The notes below the pieces were generated by a model, which made no database searches, was not told the origin of the DNA, and was given only the letters and a program-made list of their open reading frames with translations. The position numbers were made by a program, and so were the translations under genes. Positions 52,366 through 64,000 of a stretch of 64,000 nucleotides of DNA are shown here, in pieces (position 1 is the stretch's first letter; every line of letters begins with the position of its first letter). The stretch spans positions 68,510,001 through 68,574,000 of the forward strand of contig NC_043009.1 in the NCBI RefSeq assembly GCF_006345805.1, written 5' to 3'. Source of the stretch: Octopus sinensis (taxonomy: Eukaryota).

Positions 52366-52592
52366 CTATTTCTTTACTACCCACAAGAGGCTAAACACAG
52401 AGAGGACAAACAAGGACAGACAAACGGATTAAGTCGATTATATCGACCCCAGTGCATAACTGGTACTTATTTAATCGACCCCGAAAGTATGAAAGGCAAA
52501 GTCGACCTCGGCGGAATTTGAACTCAGAACGTAGCAGCAGACGAAATACCGCTAAGCATTTCGCCCGGCGTGCTAATGTTTCTGCCAGCTCA
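52366..52592 (-). mobile_element. Young Nin/Deu-like SINE nested inside a plus-strand (GAT)n-tailed SINE (about 52200-52653)
   Basis: The host sequence CAGTCAAACC / CAGCCAAACC is duplicated on either side and resumes after the insert. Confidence 0.85.
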
Positions 52593-52881
52593 GCCAAACC
52601 GTCCAACTCATGCCAGCATGGAAAGCAGGCGTTAAACAACGACAATGATGATGAGACAAGCCAGACAGCACCAACAGTTAAAATGTTGTGACTAAACAAA
52701 CAAGATATGGATACCTATCCAAATATAGACATACTTCAAAAGTTCAGACAAAAGCCTAAATCCCTTGTTTTCTCTCATTTTAGTTTATTATCAACAATGT
52801 TAAACACTCAAGACCTTTACCAACAAAAGCCTTGTACAATCTCTTGGTTTTTCTATCAATTTGTTTACAATGTTTACTTAC

Positions 52882-53024
52882 TTGAGATCTTGAACAACAA
52901 TAGCTTGTTCATTCATTTCTTTCTCAATGAGTCTTGCTCTCACTTTGGGTTCTAAAGTAGTATCAAACACAAAGGCAGGCAGGTGTTCAGCTGCAATGGT
53001 CTGTCTCCGGGTGGGAGCTTCATG
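52882..53024 (-). CDS. BLTP1: BLTP1 exon (HEAPTRRQTIAAEHLPAFVFD...EKEMNEQAIVVQDLK), phase 0-2
   Basis: Strong polypyrimidine acceptor TTTCTTTCAG|, donor |GTAAGT; matches ELNEQAKVIDDLK. Confidence 0.93.
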
Positions 53025-54546
53025 CTGAAAGAAAAAAGAATTTGGTGTAGATTGGTCAATTTAGCATTTTGGTTTTTTAATACACCCTTGCCTCCCCTTT
53101 ATAAACAAAAAAAAAATTCTAAACAAGGCAAGTTATCTTAACTAAAAAACAGCAATGAATGAAAATCCTTTCCAAAAAACAATGACTGATGCTTGGATTA
53201 AATGTTTGCAGCATTATGCAACTCTGAGACAGGTCTCTCCTCAAAGAAGAAGCTAGTCTTTATCAAAAGTTTAGCATTACTTTTACAATTCCATAACCAT
53301 AAAATAAAATTCAAAGAAAGTTTATTAAAAACAATGTATATAAAGAGGTATCAACAGAGCCTTACCTTTATATGTGTGTGTGTGTGTGTGTGTGTGTGAT
53401 GGACTCTCCTGTTGTTAGACAACGTATGAGGGTTCGACAATTTCTTACTGAACAACCACACAGATGATTTGTTTTTAGTGATCAAATGTTTGTGTGGACA
53501 TAAGCTCACTCCCTCCGTCAGATCAACATTACCTGTACAGGTGCAATGGTGTGCCACCTGTCAAATGACGAAATGATCGCAGAGCAATGTGAAACAAAGT
53601 GCTTTTCTCGAGAACACAACACAATGCAATGCCTGGTCTGGGAATCAAACCCACAACCCCACAATCATGAATGCAACACCTTAACCATTGAGCCATGAGT
53701 ACAAATAAAAGTAAACAACAAACACGTGCAGCTTTCCTCGTTTTAATATCTCTTCAGGTTTTCACCCCCTCATTTATCGTGCGACTATTACTACACACTT
53801 GCTGGCATCAACTCTACCCGGTTCCTTAATACTTCTGATACAATAAATTGCCCCTGTGGGAATCCCATATTTCTTAGTATGATTCTGTCAAGAAGAGACG
53901 ATGCAGTTTATTGAGCACATTTTAACAACATCCTATTCCCCCCTCATGCTGGGGGGAACCTACACAGCTGGGGTAATTTTTTTGCTGTTGCTCACAGTTA
54001 CCTTTTTGCTGAAGATGATTTAATGTACCGAAAAGAAGCTGGCTCCAGCTTTCAATTATTATATAAATAAACCAACAAAAGAAATGTGTATATTAACGAA
54101 TTATATAACAACCCCACACCAGAACATATATATTAAGGATGAGTGGAAAACAGAGCAAACAAATAAAGAAAGAGAACAGGGAGAAAGAGGGTACGTGTAC
54201 GTGTGTGTTGGGGTGGATGCATGTTTGCAAAAGAGAAGATATTTATGAAGGGGAGAGACTATAAGGGGGGGGGGTGAGATGCGTGTTAAAGTGCCAGGTT
54301 CTCTAAGTATGTAAATATGTTTGGGTATGAAAGGAGGGGGAAGTGGTGGAAGAAGGGGAAGTGGGGTGAAAAAAGGAAAGGTAGGATCATTCCACAGAAT
54401 GACCAATAACAAGCACAGCAGATACATATATCATAAGAGCATCCAAAAAATATTAAGACATCCGTGCCAAGAACAGGGTGCCAAGAGCCTTCAATATCAA
54501 ATATCAGTGAAACAAGATTTCATATACTTCACTGTGGGTGTCTTAA

Positions 54547-54601
<55 letters not shown>

Positions 54602-54926
54602 GCTAGCATGGAAAGCGGACGTTAAACGATGATGATGATGATGATGATGATATATATATATATATATATACATACACACACACACATACATACATATATA
54701 TATATATAGATGAAAGCTTTGGTCTTGGACAGTTTACATCAAAGAGTGAAGCTAAGTTAGCAGTAATATACCGAGTGGTAACATAAATATGTCTTTAGTG
54801 TGAATTGATGCCAAATTTATTGCAGTGTTTACATGTTGCCCATTACACAGGCCATTAATAATGGTTAGCAGAGGAGAGAAACTGTAGAAAGATAATAAGC
54901 TCATTGGTGTAATGAATGAGTGTGCG

Positions 54927-55283
54927 GGGAGAGAGGGAAGAAAAGAAGAAGGACAGAGTAGGAAAGAGAGAGAGAGAGAGAGAGAGGATGAAGGAAAGCT
55001 ACAAAGGGGAGACAGAAATAAAAAGAGAAAGGCATACAGGAAAAGAGAGAACAGAGAGAAAGAGAAGAAAAGGGACAGAGAGAGAAGAGAGGGGACAAAG
55101 AGAGAGAAGAGAGAGAGGACAGAGAGAAAAAGGAGAGACAGATAGAGCAGAGAGAGGGAGAGAGAGCACAGAGAGAAGAAAAGATAGACTTTGAGAGAGT
55201 GATGAGACAAAGCAGGAAGCAGAGAGAAGAGAGAGAGAGGTAAGGAAGAGAGACAAAAAAGATAAAGAAGAAGAAGAGAAAGA
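54927..55283. repeat. GA-rich low-complexity tract
   Basis: Directly visible. Confidence 0.9.
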
Positions 55284-57056
55284 CTTCTCCACACACAAAT
55301 AAGAATCAGCTGATAACATCTCACGAAAGCAAGTCAATTCCTTTTAATTTTAGGCTTAAGTTGTTTGTGGTAATAATAATAATAATAATAACAACAACTA
55401 TCGCCTCCAGTTTAGGCAGGAAGCCAACAATTTTGAGAGAAAGGGAGTCAGTCAACACCATTAACCCAGTATTTGACTGGTTGTATATTTTATAGAGCCA
55501 GAAAAGGATTTGTAGCTGAGAGCTACCTCAGATTTGAACTCACAGCATTTTGGTTTAAAGTTGTATCCACTTTTGATTAGCATTGCCATATTTGATCGTT
55601 TTGAACCGAGCTGGCATCATTTAACGTCCCTTTTCCCTGCTGGTATGGGTTGGACAGTTTGACAAGAGCAGTTGAGCCAGTTTGGGTTTTCTGCCAGGTT
55701 CCATTGTCTGCTTTGGCATGTTTTCTACAGCTGGATGCCCTTCCTAATGCCAACCACTAAACAGAGTGTACTGGGTGCACTTTTTGCATGGCACCGGCAC
55801 AGATAAGACCCTTCAACTGAGCAAGTTATAAAACTGAAAAAAGAAACGAGGGTGGTCTATACTCTTAAATATTAGTCAAACACCAACTGACATCTTTCAC
55901 AGCAAATTATGGTTCATGTCAGTTTTGATTATTACACAAAAGAGGCCAAAAGAGGAAAAAAAAACATAGTTTCATATAGTTTAAAAGTGAAAAGAACTCC
56001 CTACAAACTATTAGTTAGCCCAAATAAACTCTGGATTTTTTTTTTTTTTTGAGACATTCTTATCTTAGGTCAGAAGTTGTGTGCCATTTGGCAGCGCATA
56101 TTTTTAAGTCATCTCTTAATTCTTCTCTTCTTTTCAACAATTATCATTTCTTTTATCTTTGCTTGTTTCAGGCCTTACAATGCAGCCATGCTGGGACCCC
56201 ACTTTGAAGGGTTTAATCAAATGAATTGATCCCAGAACTTTTATTCTTTTTAAAGCCAAGTACTTATTCTTATCAGCCTCTTTTGCCAAACAGCTGCTAA
56301 GCTACAGAAAGAAACAAACCAGCTCTGGCTGTCAAGATATGGTGAAGGACAAACACTAACACACACACACATGCACAGATACATACAGGTTTCTTTTACT
56401 TTCCTTCTACCAAATCCAGTCACAAGGTTTTTTTTTAGGGCCTGGGGTTATAGTAGAAGACACTTGCCCAAGGTGCGAAACAGTAGGACTAAACCAAGAA
56501 TCAAGTGGTTGAGAAGCAAGCTTCTTACCACCCAACCAATGCCTGCACCTATTCTTTATTTCACACACATCTACTTACAAAAATACACATCGATAATGTA
56601 AATTATAGATATTACGATTTAGCATTATTAAAAACATTGTTGAAGATATATAAATGGTGGTGCCCCAGCATGGCCACAGCTGGTGAGCTGAAACTAGATG
56701 AAATAAATGAAATAAAATGAAATAAAATTTTTTTTTTCTTTTCAACTTGTCATTACTTCTTCAACATTAAACTGTAACACCACTAAAAATCAAAAAGAAA
56801 ACTTGGCCATGGTGGGATTTGAACTCACAATCTAAAGAACCAGAATAAATGTAGCATAGCATTCTGTATGACGCTCTGATTCTTCTGCCAATACCTGCTT
56901 TGTTAAATGGAACTAGTCATGACAATAAATTGGTAGACATGAAGACTCCAAAAAGAAATTCATGAAATCACAAAATAAACTACAAGATGACAACACACAC
57001 CCACACACACGCATGCATGCATGCATACACATAGCATTTGTATAAAGTAGCTTTAC

Positions 57057-57268
57057 CTGGCCCCATGGCAGTTTGCTCATCGTTCCATCAGGCGAGTCAG
57101 CTTCATTGAGAATGTCAACAGCATCGTCATCATTAGGGTCTCCAGCAAGAGCCGTGAGGGTGTGGGCAAGGCCAGAGAGTTTTTTGCCAATGTTGGTATC
57201 AAGATGAACATCAATGCCTTCCATCTCCCATAACACATTCAATATCCACTTGGCATTGCTGGGAGGAT
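57057..57268 (-). CDS. BLTP1: BLTP1 exon (DPPSNAKWILNVLWEMEGIDVHLDTNIGKKLSGLAHTLTALAG...PWGQ), phase 1-0
   Basis: TATCCACAG| and CAG|GTAAAG; matches WTLNVLWKMCGIDVHMDPNIGKRL. Confidence 0.95.
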
Positions 57269-57929
57269 CTGTGGATAAGAACAACAGCAACAACGATGAA
57301 ATGAAAGGGACTAAAAATAATCTCTTAGGTACAAGTTCACACATTAGGGGAGAAGGTCTTTTATTTTAGGGGAGCAGCCAAACAATATAACCAGTCATTG
57401 AACAATGATGGGAATATCATTAGAGGGACCTGTCTTGTGTATCAGTTCTGAGCATCTGCCTTTCCCGTGTCTGTGGCTGACATTGGAGATTGACATAGTC
57501 TTCGGATTTGTTGGATCCTGCCAACTCATCCAATCCATGCCAGAATGGAATATAGATGCTAAATGATGATGATGATGATATGATGAAGGACCACAAATGG
57601 CAAGATACTTCAATGGAGAAGTTAATTCCAAAGCATATAAGCCTGGAAAATGAATATATAATAATGCTAATGCTGAAAGACCAATGAATAAATAAATAAA
57701 TCATCATTACAATCACCATTTTACAAATAAATCAATAAATACTCAACTGAATTAATATTGGTCAATCTTGCATATAAATTTCTATCAACAGATTGGGAAA
57801 TGTGCAAATTCTTAAAAGATACTTTTTTTTTGGAAAGTATGTTCTTGTTCATGTAGTTGGTGTCAAACCTTCAACCCACTTGTGAACACAACCACAACAA
57901 CAAAACATGCTCATGTATTCGTCAATTAC

Positions 57930-58079
57930 CTGTGGCTTGTTTATTAATAGTCCTTGAACAGACTTCATATGTTCCTTCTGGTACAACACATGCATTCATT
58001 ATGGGGCTGTCTTCTTTATTGACCGGTTTCCATTCGTCCCATGATGTTTCAAAGTCATCAGCAAACCTAAGACAAAACC
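57930..58079 (-). CDS. BLTP1: BLTP1 exon (GFCLRFADDFETSWDEWKP...MNACVVPEGTYEVCSRTINKQAT), phase 1-1
   Basis: CTCTCGTAG| and CAG|GTAATT; strongly conserved FCIRFADGFETSWDDWKP / MNACVVPDGTYEVCSRT motifs. Confidence 0.96.
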
Positions 58080-59067
58080 CTACGAGAGACAACAGAAAAT
58101 ATTTTGTTGGGCAAATTTACAAAATATATTTCAATGAAGAAGACAATTCCATCATAGACCAGTATTAAATATATATACAACTATTCACATAATGGTCAAA
58201 GTAAAAGGGAGGAAACAAAAAGGAATAAATCAAACAACATTAGAATCATGCATTCTCCCTCGCCACGCCTATGTTCCATTGATCATCCTTTCTACAACAC
58301 CAATCATCACTCTATCTTTCCTGCTTCTTAACATCATTCCATATCTACCCCCAACCTCCCCACCATCTTTGTTCAACAGTCACTACATACACCCCTATAT
58401 ACCTCAGATCGCATCCACCCTTATCACATCACACTTTCTCCCAATATTCTTGCAACTTTCACCTGCCAGCTTCCTACCTCCCGTCCTCACATCTCTCTTC
58501 TATCTACTGCATTATTCTGCAGCTCAACAACCCTTCTATACTTTGTGCATAACCACTTCTATTGACATCCATTCCATGTTCTTATCACACTCCCCACCTC
58601 CCACCACCACCACCACTCTTATTCACTCTTTACTTTTGTTCACCATTCACTACATTCATCCTTATTCCTAACCACCTCTCACTCTCCCCACACTGTTGCA
58701 ACCCTTACCCACTTACCCTTCTTGATCTTCTATGCCCACACACTCTTATATTCACCTTATTGCACCCCAACGTAACACTCAGACACCTCATCACCATTGA
58801 TCTTCATCTATCTGACTCCACCCCATTTACTCCCACCCATCCTCACACAATGTGGAGCAGCCATGTAGAACCAACTCGGTCCTGTACCTTCTATTATACT
58901 TTAACCACTCAACATGTAGCTTAAAGCCACCTCCCCCTCCATTGTACTCCCCATCAGTTGAAGAGTTATTCAGTTTGGTTGTAACAGCTCCAGCCATAAG
59001 GAAACCATAAGGAGAAGCTCTTTTGCAGGAACTACAAAGTTAATTGAACAATAATGAGACACACTGT

Positions 59068-59392
59068 GTCATCATCATCCAGTGTTTTAAATCCAGGTTC
59101 TGTCCTTGTTAACAGGGGTGGCTGGATCTACCTCAATACCATAGCAACCGAGGCAGGCAGGTGCAGCCCACCCCAACCTCTGGGCTGGCTGGTGCCCATT
59201 TTCCCTTGCAATCATGAGGCTTTTTGGGAGCTGGATTCTACAGGGAGTATGCCCTTGCCTACCCCCACCCTCAGTTTCTAGACATGAGTGGTCCTGAGGC
59301 CAGGTCTCTACCACGATTTTTAAGAAATGTGGTGGAAAACTAGCTCAGGAAGGTAGGGATGCTATTCCCTGAGACCCCTTTTGGAGCCCCCT
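59068..59392 (-). mobile_element. (GAT)n-tailed SINE-like element, second copy
   Basis: Reverse-complement match to 27725-28050. Confidence 0.8.
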
Positions 59393-59687
59393 ACCTATTT
59401 TCAATAACTGCAAGGTCCAGTCCCCACTTAGCCAGCCCTAGGCAAGAGGTAGGGTGACAGTGTTGACATCAAACAACACAAATGTGATCTCTAAGAGCCT
59501 CAACTGTTTCAGATCATCTGTTGATATTCATCACTACGTAATCCATACTCAATTACATAATTGTTTATCACAGCATGCTTCCAAAACAACATCTACCATC
59601 CAACTACCAGTGGCTTCCATTTACACAGAAGATACGCTTCAATGGGATCACTGGAGGGCTTAAAACTCTATAGAAACAAATACTGAC

Positions 59688-59811
59688 CTGTAAAGCGTCC
59701 TTTGCTTACTAAAGATCCAGAAGAACAAGCAGATATTTGAGTATTCTCAATAGTCAATACCAAAACTGTGCCAACATCAATCTCCATGAAACGAGTGACA
59801 TTTTGGGTTCC
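59688..59811 (-). CDS. BLTP1: BLTP1 exon (GTQNVTRFMEIDVGTVLVLTIENTQISACSSGSLVSKGRFT), phase 0-1
   Basis: CTTTTCAG| and CAG|GTCAGT; matches LVLTIESTLITACSSESLVSKGHF. Confidence 0.95.
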
Positions 59812-60169
59812 CTGAAAAGAGGAGAGAAATAAATGTTGAAAGTAGCAGCATAAATATTTCGTTTTTTTATTTGGTCTGCAAAATACTTGATATGAATTCA
59901 TATGTTGAAACAAATTTTGTTGTCTTGGGAGGGTCATTATGCCAGTAATGATATATGGATGCACTGGTTCGAAATCACTTCATTTATTGTTAGTCAATCA
60001 ATAGGTTGCAACAGAGGTCATTGTAGTAGAGGTAGTAAAAGTAGAGAGCAGGGACAGCAAGCCTATAGGCCAGTGGCCAAAGCATGTCTGTGAATAGGTT
60101 ATGGGAATCAGTTAAATGGCCTTTCTCTGGATATAGTGTGAAAAATCTGTGTGTGTATGTGTGAGAGAG

Positions 60170-60202
<33 letters not shown>

Positions 60203-60756
60203 CAGAATTGTCCCTGGTGTGGGGGAAATATTCCATTGTGGGCCCACACCTGAGTTTTGTAGTATCAATAATTGTTGGAAGGTGAAATAGTGTCTGACCC
60301 TAAACAAGTCTACCAAGTGTATCAACTTTCCATCATAAAGGACAATTCATGATATCATAAAGCAACTTAGTAACATATCTTAATATACCAAATTCTTGCT
60401 AAAATTCTCAGTTTTTATAGGAAATACACATTACAATACAGACATAAGAAGTTAATTAAAAGACAAGCGAATATGAAATTATGTTATTAACTTCATTGGC
60501 TCATGGCTGTTTCTGCTATAAAATGCAATGCACTCATAGTTGAGTGCTTGTGCATCACTCTATAATTTCATTGTAACTTGAAAAATGAAGGCTTTTTATT
60601 TTTGAAGCTCCAATGAAGCTATTGTGAAAGTCCTCAGTCTTATACCAAATTGTTGCCAAGGAACCCAGATCCCCTATCCATATTCATCCAGAGAACCCCG
60701 AATCAAATCCATACTTAGCCAGTGTGCTAAGGTTTGAAAGACAACAGCTAACTTAC

Positions 60757-60897
60757 ATTCTGACTGTAAGAATGGATTGGTAGACAAATCCCCATGTCAT
60801 CAACCGTTAACTGTAGAAACAAGGTGGTGAGGTTGGTGTGAGCTGACGGAGCAAGCTGGGGCAGTTTGTCGATTACTTGTCTGGTGGCTGTCTGAAC
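60757..60897 (-). CDS. BLTP1: BLTP1 exon (VQTATRQVIDKLP...TLFLQLTVDDMGICLPIHSYSQN), phase 0-0
   Basis: 141 nt, TTACAG| and |GTAAGT; matches TLFLQLTVNDLGICLPI. Confidence 0.95.
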
Positions 60898-61330
60898 CTG
60901 TAACAAAGAAATACACATCATAAGACTAGAAAAACGAAAACAGTCACTTTAAAAAGATCTTATGATATGAGAAGGAAAACCATTCGGACAGAATGCATTT
61001 GATACAAGGGTAAGGCCTGAGTCCGTTTTGATTGATTGATTACAATACAATTACAATACATTGGGTTGCTGGTCTATTCCAGTGGTCCTTAACTGGGGTC
61101 CAGATTTTGTTGTTAAAATTTATGTGCAATAAATTGGTTTCACACAAAATATTTCAATTTTTTTTATGCAGTTCCTAATGATATTTAATTATAAGATTGT
61201 TCAAACATGGAACGGTTATAAAGGTGCACTCAAATAGGACACGGGTTCATAGGCAGAAAATGGTTGAGAACCACTTGTCTACTCGTTCAACAGGCAGGGG
61301 CTTCAATCCTTTTTACACGGTGTCGTTCAG

Positions 61331-61862
61331 GTGATACATGAAGGAGTCACAACCAATGACTGGTGTAGCAGCACCATAGTCAACTGCTACAAAGGCACAG
61401 GTGACGCATTAGATACAAATAATTACAGCTGTCAAATTGTTGGATCAGGTGATGAAATTCATAGAGAGGGTCATAGCCCAGCTCATTTGGGAGATGCTTT
61501 AGACAAGATGCAGTTTGGGTTTGTGCTAGGGAGAAGCACCAGTGATGTTATATTTCTGGTAAGACAGTTACAAGAGAAATACATGGCTAAAGATAAACCT
61601 CTGTACTTAGCTTTCGTTGACATGGAGAAAGCCTTTGACAGGGTCCCCTGATCCCTTATCTGGTGGTCAATGCAGAAACTAGGGATAAATGAGTGGTTAG
61701 TGAGAGCTGTAGAAGTGATGTACATGGATGCTGTCAGTAAGGTGATGGTTGGCAATGAGTATAGTGAAGAATTCCAGACAGGGGTCCACCAAGGATCAGT
61801 CCTCAGCCCCCTCTTATTCATCATAGTACTCCACGCAATAACAGAAGAATTCAAGATAGGAT
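61331..61862 (+). mobile_element. RTE-clade LINE reverse-transcriptase fragment (pseudogenised)
   Basis: QFGFVLGRSTSDVIFLVRQLQEKY..LYLAFVDMEKAFDRVP* and GVHQGSVLSPLLFIIVL; contains stops and frameshifts; truncated just before YADD. Confidence 0.93.
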
Positions 61863-62341
61863 GCCGGTGGCATGTAAAAAGCACCATTCAAGCGTGCTCG
61901 GTGCCAGTGCCACCTGACTGGCTCCTGTGCCGGTGGCACATGAAAAGCACCCACTACACCCTCAGAGTGGTTAGCATTAAGAAGGGCATCCAGGTGTAGA
62001 AACCTTGCCAGATCAGAATGGAACCTGGTGCAACCTCCTGGCTTGCCAGTCCTCAATCAAACCGTCCAACCCATGCCAGCATGGAAAACGAACGTTAAGT
62101 GATGATGACCCTGATTTACAGGAATCGTAATGTCAATTCCTCTTCACCCACTCATGAACTGTCTGTTCTGGTGCTATGCCTGCGATGGCACTGATGCCAA
62201 GCAGTATGAGCCTTGGACAACATCAATGATGAGAGCAGGGAGTTGCAAGAATTTTGCCCAAGCCTATTGATGTGTGTGTGTGTCTGTAAGTGCATCTAAG
62301 TATTCGTTAAACTGTGTATGTGTACAAAATCTATATCTCAC

Positions 62342-62415
62342 CTCTCGGTTTAGAGCCATTCTTTGTTCAGTCCAGTATTCATAAGCATTTCTGTAATTCA
62401 GCCAAACTAGCACAG
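62342..62415 (-). CDS. BLTP1: BLTP1 exon (AVLVWLNYRNAYEYWTEQRMALNRE), phase 1-0
   Basis: TTTCATTTCAG| and GAG|GTGAGA; matches human AVLFWLNYKAAYDNWNEQRMAL. Confidence 0.95.
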
Positions 62416-63442
62416 CTGAAATGAAACGGGTTTAGAAATGATTAAAATTCCTAATTCATTGATACAATAATCCAGATTAACTTTACAAACACAGTGGAAT
62501 ATTTTGGTGATGTTACCTTAACCAGCCTAATTCATGATAGTCTCAACAACATATTCTCACCTCTCTCCAGCACAGATTATTGAATTATGAGATCACATAA
62601 TTCAATAATCCTTCTACAACCTTTCACCTAGGGCCTCTAACATAACCAAAGTAAAGTGGGAATTGTTATAAAGACTCTTAACCTGTAGAAATAGCAACCA
62701 AATCTCCCTTAAATCACAGGTCGTCATCTTAAAAAAGGGATATTTTAATCCTAAATATATTATTGAGTGAGAAATAAGACAGGATGGCCATGGTTAGAAC
62801 ACTTTAAATCATACATCTGCTATACCAAAAGAGGTTTGTAGCTAAAAAACACAAAATCTAAAACACCAGTAATTTTGATGCAATTAAAGTTTACATCATT
62901 AACACACATCTTTTAATTACTTTACTCTTCTCATGGACCATCACCGTTGATTCATGGTCTACAATTTCTTGACTGCTTATTCTACCAGTAACAGCAGGGT
63001 GTGTTTAGGCTACGAGAAAGCCACTATATGGTCAGTCAATTCACTAGAATAAGCAGCAAAATCTTCCTCAAATTATTACTTTCAATGTAATTTGGTGCAG
63101 AGTGTCTCAAAATCCCATACCATCTTAATCCTTTAGCATGTGAACAGGCCACAACTGACCCAAATATTCTACCTGTTTTATGTTCAAATTGGCCATCTCC
63201 AGCCTCTCACACCTAACCTACAAAAAGACAGAATAGCCATAGTTGAAAATGTTATAAGGTCAGCTCAAGCAGAGTTGACTTGAGATTAAAGAACACCACC
63301 ACCCATGTGTTTAGGACAGCTGAATTTCTGATTCACTTTCGCATCATTTCAAACAGCAACCATTTTCACTAATTACTAACAAAGAACATAAATCAAAAGA
63401 TTAAATCCCTAAATTAACAACAAACATTTTAGAAAGTCTAAC

Positions 63443-63539
63443 CTTTGTCAAAGTCTTGGGGCTGTGCTAGAATAATGGGCCGAGTCAGGGTGATTAGCAG
63501 TGCCTCTTGGTCTTCTTCTTGGCCAGGTATCATTTCATC
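63443..63539 (-). CDS. BLTP1: BLTP1 exon (DEMIPGQEEDQEALLITLTRPIILAQPQDFDK), phase 0-1
   Basis: TTTATTTCCAG| acceptor, AAG|GTTAGA donor; matches human AVLITLNRPIVYAQPVAFDR. Confidence 0.93.
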
Positions 63540-64000
63540 CTGGAAATAAATAAATTTTCAAAATGTTAAACAAGACTAAATAACCAAACAATGTCGTCCA
63601 AAAAAAAAAGAAAGAAAAAAAATGAAGGCATGCGTAATTACAAAATTCATTTGTAGAAATATGTAATGCTGGAGTAAAGTTTTAAAGGACCCATGGACAA
63701 CCAAGTGGTTTCTGGCTTTATGAAGATGTAAACCAGAATGATATTTAGACTAATCCTTGAATGGTTTTAAAACCTGGAGTTCTCAACAAAATAACTCCAG
63801 TTACAGCTTCCAGGTAGCAAAAGAAATGGTTTAACATCTTAGGCGCCTAATGTTAAACCACTGTGATAAAGAATTAATAAGGAAGCTTCTGTGTAGTGAT
63901 TTGATCATCTACAAAAACCAAAGTCTTATTGCCTTGAAGAATAAGGTACATCAAACAGTATACTCCAAGATGCTCTGTGTCTGAAATGCAGACAAGAATG

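Noticed and set aside
54005-54056. CTGAAGA...CGAAA hammerhead-like motif
   Set aside because: Stems I and II do not pair convincingly.
54752-55337. Leu/Ser-rich membrane-like ORFs
   Set aside because: They come from GA low-complexity sequence.

Overview
This is AT-rich, repeat-dense eukaryotic intronic DNA. The SINE and microsatellite landscape suggests an octopod cephalopod (inference). The whole window lies inside one large minus-strand gene, BLTP1/KIAA1109 (tweek/LPD-3/Csf1 family bridge-like lipid transfer protein). I assembled 21 GT-AG exons from 63539 down to 4698 into one continuous frame (3761 nt, about 1253 codons) matching the C-terminal third of the protein; the gene runs off both window edges. 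The introns hold tRNA-derived Nin/Deu-like SINEs, (CAT)n-tailed RTE-type SINEs, decayed RTE, CR1/L2-like and Rex1-like LINE fragments, mariner/hAT/piggyBac-type MITEs and many microsatellites. The most interesting observation is a 448-bp near-perfect palindrome at 3917-4364. It carries a nearly canonical type I hammerhead ribozyme on each strand, and two unrelated decayed elements repeat the same inverted-ribozyme architecture (16244-16474, 18823-18911). There are also several candidate in-frame microexons (9, 30, 57 nt) and a candidate poison microexon. Most entries in the supplied ORF track are low-complexity or repeat artefacts. Homology calls are from remembered sequences, not database searches.
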